Positions 17,065 to 24,786 of a stretch of 38,676 nt of DNA are shown here, piece by piece. Each line of letters opens with the position of its first letter. The stretch's first letter is position 1. Both the position numbers and the translations under genes were made by a program. Source of the stretch: a virus; the IMG/VR virus record IMGVR_UViG_3300029573_000020, positions 1-38,676 of that record; one strand, given 5' to 3'. Under the pieces are notes generated by a model. That model saw only the letters and a program-made list of their open reading frames with translations, was not told the DNA's origin and did not search any database.

Positions 17065-17094
17065 AAAAAAAGACCGCCAGCGGAAGGCTGACGG
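17063..17094 (-). terminator. Minus-strand intrinsic terminator T3, embedded in 48-bp repeat copy A
   Basis: Minus-strand RNA CCGUCAGC-CUUCC-GCUGGCGG forms an 8-bp stem (the plus-strand mismatch becomes a G·U pair) followed by UCUUUUUUUAUG. Confidence 0.55.
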
Positions 17095-17201
17095 CAAGGA
17101 AGAAATTGACGATTTGATTGATGTTAAGCTGGCCAAGCTCCAGCGCAAGGCTGACGGTGGGGAGTTTAGGATAATAGATTTCGAAAGCGAGGAATGAAGA
17201 C

Positions 17202-17996
17202 ATGAAAGATGTAAAATTGTTTCAGAGTGCGCAAATTCGCTCCATTTGGAACGATGAAGCCGGAGAATGGTTCTTTTCTGTTGTCGATGTTGTCGGTGCA
17301 TTGACCGACAGTGCAGATAAATCAGCTTATTGGCGCAAACTAAAGCAAAGAATGAAGGTAGAAGGTAATGAAACCGTGACAAATTGTCACAGGTTGAAAT
17401 TGCTTGCAGAAGACGGGAAAATGCGTCTCACTGACACCGCAAATACAGAAGGTATTCTGCGTATTATCCAATCTGTCCCCTCACCTAAAGCCGAACCATT
17501 CAAGCAGTGGCTCGCGCAACTCGGTGCGGACCATATCCACGACCTTGAAGCAGCAGAAGCCTTCAACAAAGAAATAGACGCTCGCATTGAAGCACGAAAT
17601 AATATCAAACAGCATAACATTGCTCTCGCTGATGCAGCCTTTGCCGCAGGCGTAAAAACGAACCTTGACTTCGCCAAATTTCAAAATAGCGGTTACATGG
17701 GACTTTATGGCGGTGAAACCGCTGGCGATATAAAACGTCGCAAGAAACTTAAACCTAATCAAGAGATTTTAGACCACATGGGCAGTGTGGAACTCGGTGC
17801 GAACCTGTTCCGCATTACGCAGGCAGAAGACAAACTGCGCCGTGAGAATATCAGTAGCAAAGAAGCTGCCAACAAAGTGCATTACGAAGTCGGTCGTACC
17901 GTTCGCAAAACTATTGAAGAACTCGGCGGCACAATGCCAGAGAAATTGCCTACGCCAAGCGAAAGTATTAAGCAGCTCGATAAACCTAAAAAATAA
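17202..17996 (+). CDS. dinD: DinD-like (DNA-damage-inducible protein D family) protein with an N-terminal Bro-N domain
   Basis: N-terminal IRSIWNDEAGEWFFSVVDVVGALTDS (Bro-N). The C-terminal half (QNSGYMGLYGGETAGDIKRRKKLKPNQEILDHMGSVELGANLFRITQAEDKLRRENISSKEAANKVHYEVGRTVRKTIEELGGTMPEKLPTPSESIKQL) closely resembles E. coli DinD as I recall it. Confidence 0.7.
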   Translation: MKDVKLFQSAQIRSIWNDEAGEWFFSVVDVVGALTDSADKSAYWRKLKQRMKVEGNETVTNCHRLKLLAEDGKMRLTDTANTEGILRIIQSVPSPKAEPFKQWLAQLGADHIHDLEAAEAFNKEIDARIEARNNIKQHNIALADAAFAAGVKTNLDFAKFQNSGYMGLYGGETAGDIKRRKKLKPNQEILDHMGSVELGANLFRITQAEDKLRRENISSKEAANKVHYEVGRTVRKTIEELGGTMPEKLPTPSESIKQLDKPKK

Positions 17997-18023
17997 AAAA
18001 GACCGCCAGCGGAAGGCTGACGG
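17988..18023 (-). terminator. Minus-strand intrinsic terminator T2, in 48-bp repeat copy B. Begins at the DinD stop codon.
   Basis: Same hairpin as T3 (CCGCCAGC-GGAAG-GCTGACGG on plus). Followed on the minus strand by UCUUUUUUAUUUUUU. Confidence 0.55.
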
Positions 18024-18136
18024 CAGGGAAGATATTGACGATATTATAGCTGATACCTTTATTGCGTAAAGGTATCTTGTAAACACCTTTAAATTCTCTC
18101 TTTTTTTAAAGGTATCACGGAGATAGCTTTATGGCA

Positions 18137-18167
18137 TAAAAAAGACCGCCAGCTTTTCAGCTGGCGG
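18137..18167 (-). terminator. Minus-strand intrinsic terminator T1, downstream of the moron operon
   Basis: Perfect hairpin CCGCCAGC-UUUUCA-GCUGGCGG on plus. The minus-strand RNA is followed by UCUUUUUUAUG. It shares the ggcataaaaaagaccgccagc prefix with copy A. Confidence 0.65.
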
Positions 18168-18182
18168 AAAAATGTTGCTTCA

Positions 18183-18593
18183 CTATATTCTGCTTTTTAA
18201 AAAAGATGCTCCAATAGAGCCTACCGCAAGGAAACAGGCTCCACCTGCCACCCAAGGTTGACCTAAATATAGAGCGTAGGCAGCTACTCCGATAATGCAC
18301 ACTCCTAAGATAAACGCCATGTACTGACCTCGTTTATCACGCATAGCAGTCAAATCGAGTTCTTTGGCTTTTAATTCTCTTATAGCTTTTGCATTTTCCT
18401 TAAAATCGTTAATGATATCAGATGCTGAACCAGGAACAATGTTATCATATTCCGCTAAAATCTGAGGATGGGGAAGCAATCCTTCAAAATGTTCCGCAAC
18501 AACAATATCACCATTAGATGCAACTCTATTTCTAACTGATTTGTCGTCCTTTGCCGGTTTCGATTGTGCCAATTCTCTTTCCCACCTTATCAA
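18183..18593 (-). CDS. Membrane protein, DUF2335-like (putative). Moron.
   Basis: LPHPQILAEYDNIVPGSASDIINDFKENAKAIRELKAKELDL then two C-terminal TM helices. The start codon is uncertain (TTG; AAGGTGGG RBS upstream of an internal TTG). Confidence 0.45.
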   Translation of the reverse strand: MIRWERELAQSKPAKDDKSVRNRVASNGDIVVAEHFEGLLPHPQILAEYDNIVPGSASDIINDFKENAKAIRELKAKELDLTAMRDKRGQYMAFILGVCIIGVAAYALYLGQPWVAGGACFLAVGSIGASFLKSRI

Positions 18594-18759
18594 TAGATTT
18601 TCTCAAAGAACTGCCCGTCCTTAACCATGCAGCTTTTGAAATTGTACTAGGACTTTGAGGGACAAAATCTGCATAATTAGTATTAGGCATAATGGTAAAA
18701 GTAGAAAAGCCGCACATTACAGAGGCAATAAGCGCTTTAATTTTTGCCAATTTGTACAC
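18532..18759 (-). CDS. Small hypothetical protein overlapping the 5' end of the DUF2335-like gene
   Basis: AAGGAGGTG RBS, then GTG/TTG. Hydrophobic N-terminus. Coding status uncertain. Confidence 0.3.
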   Translation of the reverse strand: MYKLAKIKALIASVMCGFSTFTIMPNTNYADFVPQSPSTISKAAWLRTGSSLRKSIDKVGKRIGTIETGKGRQIS

Positions 18760-18784
18760 CTCCTTAATTATGTTGCACTTGTAT

Positions 18785-18815
18785 ATTGTACCACATTAGG
18801 AAAAACAACTCAATA
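18785..18815 (-). promoter_or_regulatory. Candidate promoter of the moron operon (extended -10 TGG-TACAAT)
   Basis: Minus-strand TGGTACAAT at 18793..18785, with a weak TTGAGT -35 at 17-bp spacing. Confidence 0.35.
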
Positions 18816-19052
18816 TAACTGTGCCCTTGTACACTTAATTTTAACATTTTTCGTTTTAAAAGTAAATTACCATAAGTAAATTTTACAAAGGGTCTGATTT
18901 TAATGTAAAAATCCCCCGGTGCTACCAACACCGAGGGACCTGCAAGAACGTGTTACCAGCACGCTCAACGTCATCAACCCCCGAACCACCAAGAGCTGAT
19001 TACTTTTTTATTATATCAGCTCTGCTCGTAAAATGAAAGGAGCTGATTTTTT

Positions 19053-20327
19053 ATGTCAACATTAAACGTAACAAAACGCGGCGATAAATGGCAGTACCGT
19101 TTCGAAACTGCTTCCGTCGACGGCAAGCGTAAGCGTGTTTCCAAATCCGGCTTTAAAACGAAAAAGGAAGCCGTGGAAGCCGGAACCAGGGCGCTGGCAG
19201 AATACAACGAAAGCGGTCAGACTTTCAATCTTTCCAGCATTTCCGTTGCGGATTATCTGGACAGTTGGATTGATACTTACTGCAAAATGAACCTAAAATA
19301 TAATACCCAGCTTGGCTATCTTTATACTATCGAAAATCATCTGAAGCCCAGCCTTGGTATGTATAGGCTGAAATCTCTTACACCCTCCGCCATTCAGGAA
19401 TTCGTAAATGCTCTGAAGCTGCGTGGTCTCAGCAGGGCAAGCATCGTCGGTATATTCTCCACGCTCTCTGCAGCGCTGGATTATGCTATTGAGCCGTTGA
19501 AGTACATCCAGTATAATCCATGCAATAACGTAAGAATCCCCAAGGATACGGCAGCCAAGAAGGAAACCCGGTACATCATAACACCGGAGCAGTTTAAGCA
19601 GATTTTAGAGCGCTTTCCGGAAGGCTCTAATTTTTATATTCCGCTTATGATCGGCTACTACACCGGCGTAAGAATTTCCGAATGCTTCGGCCTTACTTGG
19701 AATGATGTCGATTTTGATAATAAGACCATAAGTATCAGCAAGGCTTTGCTTAAGCGCAACTGTGGCGCAGATGTAAGGGAAATCCTGAAGAAGAAGGGCA
19801 AGAAGGAAGAGAAAAGCGCCTGGTATTTCAACAGCACAAAAACTTTCAAGTCCAACCGCATCATCAACATCGGTGATACACTCTGTGCTGCATTGAAAAA
19901 AGCTTATGACCGGCAAATGGCCAACAAAGCCTTCTATGACGAATACTACACAAAAATCTACAAAAAGCCGGAGCAGGACGAAAAAGGCGATACCATTTAC
20001 CGGCTCATAGAAATTGAAGCCGGAGTGCCCTGCCCTCTTGAGTCCGTGGATATGATAAACGTAAGGGAGAACGGCCAGCTGCTGAGTATGGACAGCATGA
20101 AGTATTGCAGCCGTGCAATCCACTATGAGCTGAAGATAAATTTCAACTACCATTCACTGCGGCATACACACGCTACAACGCTTATCGAGAACGGTGCCAA
20201 TATAAAGGACGTGCAGGAGCGTTTAGGACACTGCAACATAGAAACAACACTTAATACATATACCCACAATACCGACTACCTGAGAAATCAATCAGTAGAA
20301 ATCTTTGAAAAGGCGGTTCAAAAATAA
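19053..20327 (+). CDS. int: Tyrosine site-specific integrase
   Basis: C-terminal catalytic pattern …NYHSLRHTHATTLIENGANIKDVQERLGHCNIETTLNTYTH (R…HxxR…Y). AAAGGAG RBS. Confidence 0.95.
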   Translation: MSTLNVTKRGDKWQYRFETASVDGKRKRVSKSGFKTKKEAVEAGTRALAEYNESGQTFNLSSISVADYLDSWIDTYCKMNLKYNTQLGYLYTIENHLKPSLGMYRLKSLTPSAIQEFVNALKLRGLSRASIVGIFSTLSAALDYAIEPLKYIQYNPCNNVRIPKDTAAKKETRYIITPEQFKQILERFPEGSNFYIPLMIGYYTGVRISECFGLTWNDVDFDNKTISISKALLKRNCGADVREILKKKGKKEEKSAWYFNSTKTFKSNRIINIGDTLCAALKKAYDRQMANKAFYDEYYTKIYKKPEQDEKGDTIYRLIEIEAGVPCPLESVDMINVRENGQLLSMDSMKYCSRAIHYELKINFNYHSLRHTHATTLIENGANIKDVQERLGHCNIETTLNTYTHNTDYLRNQSVEIFEKAVQK

Positions 20328-20336
20328 ACAAAAAAA

Positions 20337-20381
20337 GGCGCCCAGACAGCAAATGATTGTTGTCTGAGCGCTTTGTTTTTT
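20337..20381 (+). terminator. Intrinsic terminator after int
   Basis: GGCGCCCAGACAGCAA-atga-TTGTTGTCTGAGCGC stem, then TTTGTTTTTTG. An A-run precedes it, so it may act in both directions. Confidence 0.65.
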
Positions 20382-20389
20382 GCTATTAA

Positions 20390-20800
20390 ATTGTGGCCAT
20401 CTAAAATTTTCGGCCACACGAGGGCCACAAATTACAGTTTTTCACCCTTCCGAAACCCTTAAAATGCCGTATTCATGCGGTTTAACAGCACCACAGTTTC
20501 AGCGGTTCGCCGTCTCCAATCACGCTTCGCTCACGCTCGCATTCTTGGACGGCTATCGCATGGCGCGCACCAACTGCTCACCGCGTCGCTCAGCTCCTTG
20601 TGAGCAGGGTGACGCACTCAACATGGCTCGTCAATAGAACTAGCTTCATCATAGGTATTTTACAGCCATAAGATTTCATTTATATTAGTTGAAAACTGCC
20701 TTAAATAAGGGATTGAAGCAACTAAGCTACATCTATTGTAATTAAATCGCTTTAGGGTACATTTTGTCAGCGGACACAAAACGGCCACAATGTACCCATT
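20390..20800. other. Candidate attP region: GGCCACA(A/C) arm-type repeats flanking a GC-rich ~200-bp island (20440..20640)
   Basis: Non-coding convergent junction between the int 3' end and the end of the lysis operon. Copies: TGTGGCCA 20392..20399 (inverted), GGCCACAC 20412..20419, GGCCACAA 20423..20430, GGACACAA 20772..20779, GGCCACAA 20783..20790. Confidence 0.45.
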
Positions 20801-20887
20801 GTTCAAGCTATTCAAATCGAACATTACTTAATAAGCTATTAATAATAAATTCGACGTTCCCTTGTTTTTTCCTGCCCCGGCTTTTTG

Positions 20888-21292
20888 TTACAGCTTTTCC
20901 TTGACTAAAACTACAACTACACCGCCGGCAATAATCTGCCAAAGCAGCCGCTGTCTTTTAACGCGCTTCTCCTCGCGCGCGGATGCCTGCAAGTATTTGT
21001 TGGCACTCTCCAATAAGCTGCTCTGAGCTTGCAGCTCTATCTGCAGCTTTATTGATTCCGTCTTGAGCTTGCTCAATTCCGCTCTCGACTCTTTCAGCGC
21101 TGCTTGTGATTCTGCCAGCGCTTGTCTGCTGGCTCTTGTTTGCTCTAATAGCAGATTCAAGCGACTGTCGAGCGCTGTCATCTCCGTTGCAGTCATCGTG
21201 TAGGTTGTAGCCGATGACGCCGCCGATGCAGAGGCAGACAACAGCAAGCACAATGTAGCTGCAGTAATTGCGCAATATTGTTTTAAGCACAT
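20888..21292 (-). CDS. XhlA-like lysis-associated coiled-coil membrane protein (134 aa)
   Basis: ATG 21292 overlaps the M15 peptidase stop (TAAGATG) with a GGGAGGG RBS. Sequence is MCLKQYCAITAATLCLLLSASASA…(coiled coil LNLLLEQTRASRQALAESQAALKESRAELSKLKTESIKLQIELQ)…RLLWQIIAGGVVVVLV with a C-terminal TM. Confidence 0.5.
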   Translation of the reverse strand: MCLKQYCAITAATLCLLLSASASAASSATTYTMTATEMTALDSRLNLLLEQTRASRQALAESQAALKESRAELSKLKTESIKLQIELQAQSSLLESANKYLQASAREEKRVKRQRLLWQIIAGGVVVVLVKEKL

Positions 21293-21293
21293 C

Positions 21294-21662
21294 TTAGCCC
21301 TCCCAAGTAAAGTATCCTGGAACGGAACCACCCTCGCGCATATCCACATGCACAAAACCGCTGTCAACGTAGGTGCCCACGCCATCGAAAATCTGCTTGC
21401 AGATATTGGCCAGCTCACGCACGCCCATGCCATCAACATAGATATCTGCAGCAGTGCCTTTGACATGCTGGCTGTTCCAGACGCCGCCCACAGCGCGATT
21501 ATGATCCGGACAACGATAGCCGCTGCTGATGTTAATCGGTCTGCCGATGCGCAGGCGCAGGTGCTCCAGTCCCAACAGGAATGCCATGCTGATACCGGTC
21601 GTAGGCAGCATGCCACAGCAACGGCATGCAAATTCAGCTTCAGAAAAATGTTCAGTTAACAT
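21294..21662 (-). CDS. Peptidase M15 family zinc peptidase (endolysin)
   Basis: FSEAEFACRCCG…SGYRCPDHNRAVGGVWNSQHVKGTAADI pattern of the Peptidase_M15_3 / L-Ala-D-Glu peptidase family. Confidence 0.75.
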   Translation of the reverse strand: MLTEHFSEAEFACRCCGMLPTTGISMAFLLGLEHLRLRIGRPINISSGYRCPDHNRAVGGVWNSQHVKGTAADIYVDGMGVRELANICKQIFDGVGTYVDSGFVHVDMREGGSVPGYFTWEG

Positions 21663-21667
21663 AGTAA

Positions 21668-22177
21668 TCAGCCCTTTCTCTTTTTAATGATAGCTGCCAG
21701 TTCCCCGACGGCCTCAATGCCTGCATCACTCAAATTCTCACAAATCGACAGCAGCTCCGTGATGACCAAGTATCCAGCCACCAAAGGAACGGCCCACACA
21801 GGCTGATGCAGCGTAATCATCGCCAAATCTACAAGCACGGCAGCAAGCACGCAGAGGATGTACACTATGACCTTGCCAACAAAGCGATGCTTCATCACTT
21901 CCGAGGAAATCAATCCTTCCGCACGCGCCGCCTCAATGCCGCCTATAATCTGCATCACAGACGGAGTTTGCCCCATGCCCTGCAGGCGCTTGTAAGACAG
22001 GCTCATCCAGCGAGTGAAGCAGTCCAAAAATACCAACGCGGTAAAAACCATAAACAACACCGCGTGTTTGTGCAGCAAGACGGCCAAAATAGCACCAATA
22101 ACCGATTTATAAGTAAAACCATGAGTCAAAGTGTGTGCCGCGTTATATACGGCGTAGCGCAAAGCTAAAAAATCCAT
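21668..22177 (-). CDS. Holin (putative; multi-TM)
   Basis: 169 aa with three or four hydrophobic helices. Directly upstream of the endolysin. TTAGGAGG RBS. Confidence 0.6.
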   Translation of the reverse strand: MDFLALRYAVYNAAHTLTHGFTYKSVIGAILAVLLHKHAVLFMVFTALVFLDCFTRWMSLSYKRLQGMGQTPSVMQIIGGIEAARAEGLISSEVMKHRFVGKVIVYILCVLAAVLVDLAMITLHQPVWAVPLVAGYLVITELLSICENLSDAGIEAVGELAAIIKKRKG

Positions 22178-22188
22178 TTCTCAACCTC

Positions 22189-22686
22189 CTAATTATTCAT
22201 TGCTACAGCTCTTACTTCATCCGCAGTAACTGCAGCTTCGACCCGTGCCTTAGCAGTTCTGTACGCAGTATGCAGTTTATTGCTGCGTGCGGCGACGGAA
22301 GCGATAATCATACGCAGGTCTGCGGCAGTTACCACCGCATCCTCATTGTCTGCCGTGGTCCAGCTAATTTTAGCGCCCTCTCCCTGTACATCGAGCGCAA
22401 TAATTGCGGCGTTGATGCGGTCGCGGGCTTTACTGTCGTAATCGTAGAGGTGCCCGCCATACTCCACCGGCTCGACCTCCGCAGCATCACGCTGACGCTT
22501 CAGTTCAAAAATTTTGCGGGTGCGGATATTTTCAATCGGTTCTTCGGTTTCCGCTACATTTACTCCCAGCTGCTCCAGATCAGTATCAGATATTGTGCGT
22601 GGGATAAATGTGCCGTCATGCGCCAGTGCCTCTGCCAAATCGTACAAGTTATCGTAGCTGTTAGCCTTGTATGTATACGTTTTCAT
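22189..22686 (-). CDS. DUF4376-like tail-fibre assembly/chaperone protein (putative)
   Basis: …EGAKISWTTADNEDAVVTAADLRMIIASVAARSNKLH… pattern. Directly downstream of the fibre genes. AAGGAG RBS. Confidence 0.35.
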   Translation of the reverse strand: MKTYTYKANSYDNLYDLAEALAHDGTFIPRTISDTDLEQLGVNVAETEEPIENIRTRKIFELKRQRDAAEVEPVEYGGHLYDYDSKARDRINAAIIALDVQGEGAKISWTTADNEDAVVTAADLRMIIASVAARSNKLHTAYRTAKARVEAAVTADEVRAVAMNN

Positions 22687-22700
22687 TATTTGCTCCTTGC

Positions 22701-23141
22701 TTAGTTAAAGATGATTTCTACTTTAAATTTCTTACCGACGTTAGCAGCAGTAAACATGCTTGATATATTTGACGGAACACGTTGAACGTAGGTGTAAAAG
22801 CCTGTTGCAGCACCTCGATATGATATTCTACCAACAGCAAGTGATTGAGGAACACCTGTTTCAAGTGGAGTGATGTTAAGACTAATATTACGGCTGCCCC
22901 CCGTCACACCCTCTTCTTTAAAGGCAACGTCAAGCCATCCACCATAATAAGACAGCATAACAAGAGTAACGGCTCTGCCATCGTGTGTAACATTGCCTGT
23001 AATCTCACCATAGTTGCCATTGTTGCGACTATACCCATATTGACCGCTCCGCCGTCCCATGGTCATGATAAAGGCATTATTCCCGGTATCCCCGCCGCTT
23101 CCAGCAGATTTTTTGATAAACATCATCCTGTTAAGTCCCAT
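22701..23141 (-). CDS. Hypothetical tail-fibre-associated protein
   Basis: GAGGTG RBS before ATG 23141. Gly/Asn-rich. Confidence 0.4.
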   Translation of the reverse strand: MGLNRMMFIKKSAGSGGDTGNNAFIMTMGRRSGQYGYSRNNGNYGEITGNVTHDGRAVTLVMLSYYGGWLDVAFKEEGVTGGSRNISLNITPLETGVPQSLAVGRISYRGAATGFYTYVQRVPSNISSMFTAANVGKKFKVEIIFN

Positions 23142-23151
23142 GGTTGTCACC

Positions 23152-24183
23152 TCATGTCAGCTTATTAGCCTGCACGATGCTGGTCAGGCTGCCGTAGCTG
23201 TCCTTGGTCATAAGGATGTTGAGCAGCAAGCCAGCGCTCGTGATTGCTAGGTCGGAAGCAGCACCGATATATTTAATTGTGCCGCCGTTGGTGATGGACA
23301 GCGCATAATCACCGCCGGCAGTGATATAGGCCGTAAACACAGTTGACTGATTGCTGCCCAACAGTGCTGATAACGTCGCAAGGTTAAGAGTAAACGCTCC
23401 TGTTGCATAATAGGACGCGGCTGACGTAGATGGGCTGACGGAATTTGTACTGCTGTACGGTGCGGAATACTGCTCATAACCAAGAGTTGCAAGGTTAAAG
23501 GTCTGCTGCGCCCGCCATGTATTCTGTCCGGATGTTTTGACAAAATCGGCAAGGTCTGATGTGTTAGCTTTGCCGCCAACAGCCATCTGCACAAACGCCG
23601 TTGTCGCTATCTGTGTAGAGTTTGTTCCGGCAGCAGCCGTCGGTGCTGTCGGCGCTCCGGTCAGCCGTGCCCCACCGTTCCAGCCGTTGCCGTTGATGTT
23701 ACCGACAAGGACGGCATTTGACTTATTGCCGGAGGTGCATTTGTAAAAATTCCAATTCGGGTCATATTCGTAAAAATCGACAGAATCATGCCCCGAATAT
23801 CCAAAGTCTATAGCATGGTAATATGAGTTAGCATCACCCTCGCCACGGAATTTGCGGCACTGGAAGTAGTTGGCTGCGGCCGAGCCAGTCTGGAAATTTG
23901 GTGCTGTGATGCCACCAGTGACTGTACCACCAGTTAAAGGCAGGTAATCGCCCGAACCGCCGCCCATGTTGGCTATCGCCTCGGTGACTACCTTGTTTTG
24001 GACAGGATTTGTGCTGGTGGTCGACAGCTCAGCATCAATGGTAACCTTTTGCATCAGGCCTACAATAGGGTTGCCGTCTGCACCTGTTGCCTTTACTCCC
24101 TCTGCCAAATCGGCAGCGGTGACGGTATCACCGGTAAGGTCTACCAAGGTGTTACCGCCATAAATAATCTTATTCACTGCCAT
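23152..24183 (-). CDS. Tail fibre protein
   Basis: N-terminal MAVNKIIYGGNTLVDLTGDTVTAADLAEGV anchor motif. LPLTGGTVTGGITAP collar-like motif and a Thr/Ala/Gly-rich shaft. Confidence 0.65.
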   Translation of the reverse strand: MAVNKIIYGGNTLVDLTGDTVTAADLAEGVKATGADGNPIVGLMQKVTIDAELSTTSTNPVQNKVVTEAIANMGGGSGDYLPLTGGTVTGGITAPNFQTGSAAANYFQCRKFRGEGDANSYYHAIDFGYSGHDSVDFYEYDPNWNFYKCTSGNKSNAVLVGNINGNGWNGGARLTGAPTAPTAAAGTNSTQIATTAFVQMAVGGKANTSDLADFVKTSGQNTWRAQQTFNLATLGYEQYSAPYSSTNSVSPSTSAASYYATGAFTLNLATLSALLGSNQSTVFTAYITAGGDYALSITNGGTIKYIGAASDLAITSAGLLLNILMTKDSYGSLTSIVQANKLT

Positions 24184-24195
24184 TTTTTACGCTCC

Positions 24196-24786
24196 TTAGC
24201 CTATGGTAACGGTTTTTCCGCCCTGAGCATTGTCGCTCTCGTTATACGGGATTGGCTCCACGGTAACCTGAGTAAGGTAATTAAATCCCCGAGTGCTGTC
24301 CGGCAGGATGGTCTGCGCCGTGGTCTTAGGTGTAGCAGTCTTAGCCTGCGCCTTAGCGCCCTCAGTGCCGCTCATAGTGCCCTCAACACCCAAGATGGAT
24401 ACACCGGCGCGGATGTTTGTTGCAATGATTTTGGCCTGCTCCGTGCTGGAGATGGTTACCTTGCCGCTGCCGTCATGATAGCCGATAGGGATGCTGTACG
24501 CTTCAGCTTTTTTACTGATGCTGCCGGTAACAGCGCCATTGTTCCTCATTTCGCCGGTAACTTTGATTTTATTGACATAAGCAGTCTTTCCACTCAAAAT
24601 TTCTGCGCTGGCAGCAGTCGCATCGCTGGTATCGGCGTCAAATGTACAAGCACCGGTAATAGCCGCGCCGCTCTTGTCATGTGCGATAACGCCGCTAAGC
24701 AGCTTATCAGCGGTAACGGTATCGCTGGTCAAATCAATCAGCGTTTTGCCGCCATACACAACTTTACTAATAGTTTTCTCAGCCAT
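24196..24786 (-). CDS. Tail fibre protein paralogue (shares its N-terminal domain with 23152..24183)
   Basis: MAEKTISKVVYGGKTLIDLTSDTVTADKLLSGV compared with KIIYGGNTLVDLTGDTVTAADLAEGV. GAGAGGT RBS. Confidence 0.55.
   Translation of the reverse strand: MAEKTISKVVYGGKTLIDLTSDTVTADKLLSGVIAHDKSGAAITGACTFDADTSDATAASAEILSGKTAYVNKIKVTGEMRNNGAVTGSISKKAEAYSIPIGYHDGSGKVTISSTEQAKIIATNIRAGVSILGVEGTMSGTEGAKAQAKTATPKTTAQTILPDSTRGFNYLTQVTVEPIPYNESDNAQGGKTVTIG

Noticed and set aside
16985-18069. Plus-strand ORFs 16985..17197 and 17785..18069, both ending in a shared KKDRQRKADG(K/R)E(E/D)IDD motif
   Set aside because: The shared peptide comes from the 48-bp direct DNA repeat carrying the terminator hairpins. 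One ORF is antisense-free but repeat-built with no RBS. The other overlaps the DinD gene out of frame. Both are treated as non-coding.
20380-20637. 85-aa plus-strand ORF inside the GC-rich island of the attP candidate region
   Set aside because: No RBS and an implausible sequence (MLLNCGHLKFSATRGPQ…). It sits in a convergent terminator/att region and is more likely non-coding or a captured host fragment.
20888-21631. 247-aa minus-strand ORF in the track spanning the M15 peptidase gene in another frame
   Set aside because: Its first ~113 codons overprint the well-supported peptidase gene and read as low-complexity Ala/Cys/Ser. Only the part from ATG 21292 onward is credible (strong RBS, stop–start coupling, coiled coil + TM).
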